NCBI GenBank assembly: GCA_964248365.1
Contig: CAXTYC010000023.1
Coordinates: 17,386-81,385 of the forward strand
Source: an uncultured Chroococcidiopsis sp.
GTDB lineage: Bacteria; Cyanobacteriota; Cyanobacteriia; Cyanobacteriales; Chroococcidiopsidaceae
Direction of reading: 5' to 3'
Length of the DNA stretch: 64,000 nt
Each line of letters begins with the position of its first letter. Position 1 is the first letter of the stretch. The position numbers and the translations under genes are program-made. The notes beneath the pieces are model-generated. The model was given only the letters and a program-made list of their open reading frames with translations, made no database searches and was not told where the DNA came from. This document shows positions 63,936 through 64,000 of the stretch, piece after piece.

Positions 63936-64000
63936 TGGAGTTTAGACTAAGGCATGACAAAATGAGCCAGCAGCACTGAGTTGACAAGCTACAATCCTCG

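Overview
This is a cyanobacterial chromosomal window, shown by abundant HIP1 GCGATCGC octamers, STRR heptamers, REP/SDR-like palindromes, NtcA/CIRCE/K-box sites, ftn2 and pirA. 1-15 kb is a Wzx/Wzy-type polysaccharide cluster. It contains a stand-alone keto-acid-type NRPS module (A-KR-T-TE) next to tyrA. It is followed by a probably exported tyrosinase that looks circularly permuted and a WecB/TagA glycosyltransferase. This combination is the best candidate for an undescribed system: aromatic hydroxy-acid decoration, and possibly oxidative cross-linking, of sheath/EPS. 19-32 kb is mostly core genes (ispG, ctp protease, EF-G paralogue, rre1/orrA, groESL). Then come a small GIY-YIG plus decayed hicBA islet, nrrA with a canonical NtcA promoter, and mysABC followed by a pseudogenised beta-propeller glycoside hydrolase instead of mysD/E. 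41-49.4 kb is accessory DNA at the dprA 3' end: a type II R-M system with a divergent RHH-like gene and palindromic operators, a relic copy of the dprA 3' end, an S2P-TPR protease, a Mo-oxidoreductase/HPP operon and a DUF4258/DUF2283 pair. The rest is core genes, ending in tRNA-Lys, a broken integrase and a TnpB remnant. All calls are from motif recognition by eye; no database searches were run.
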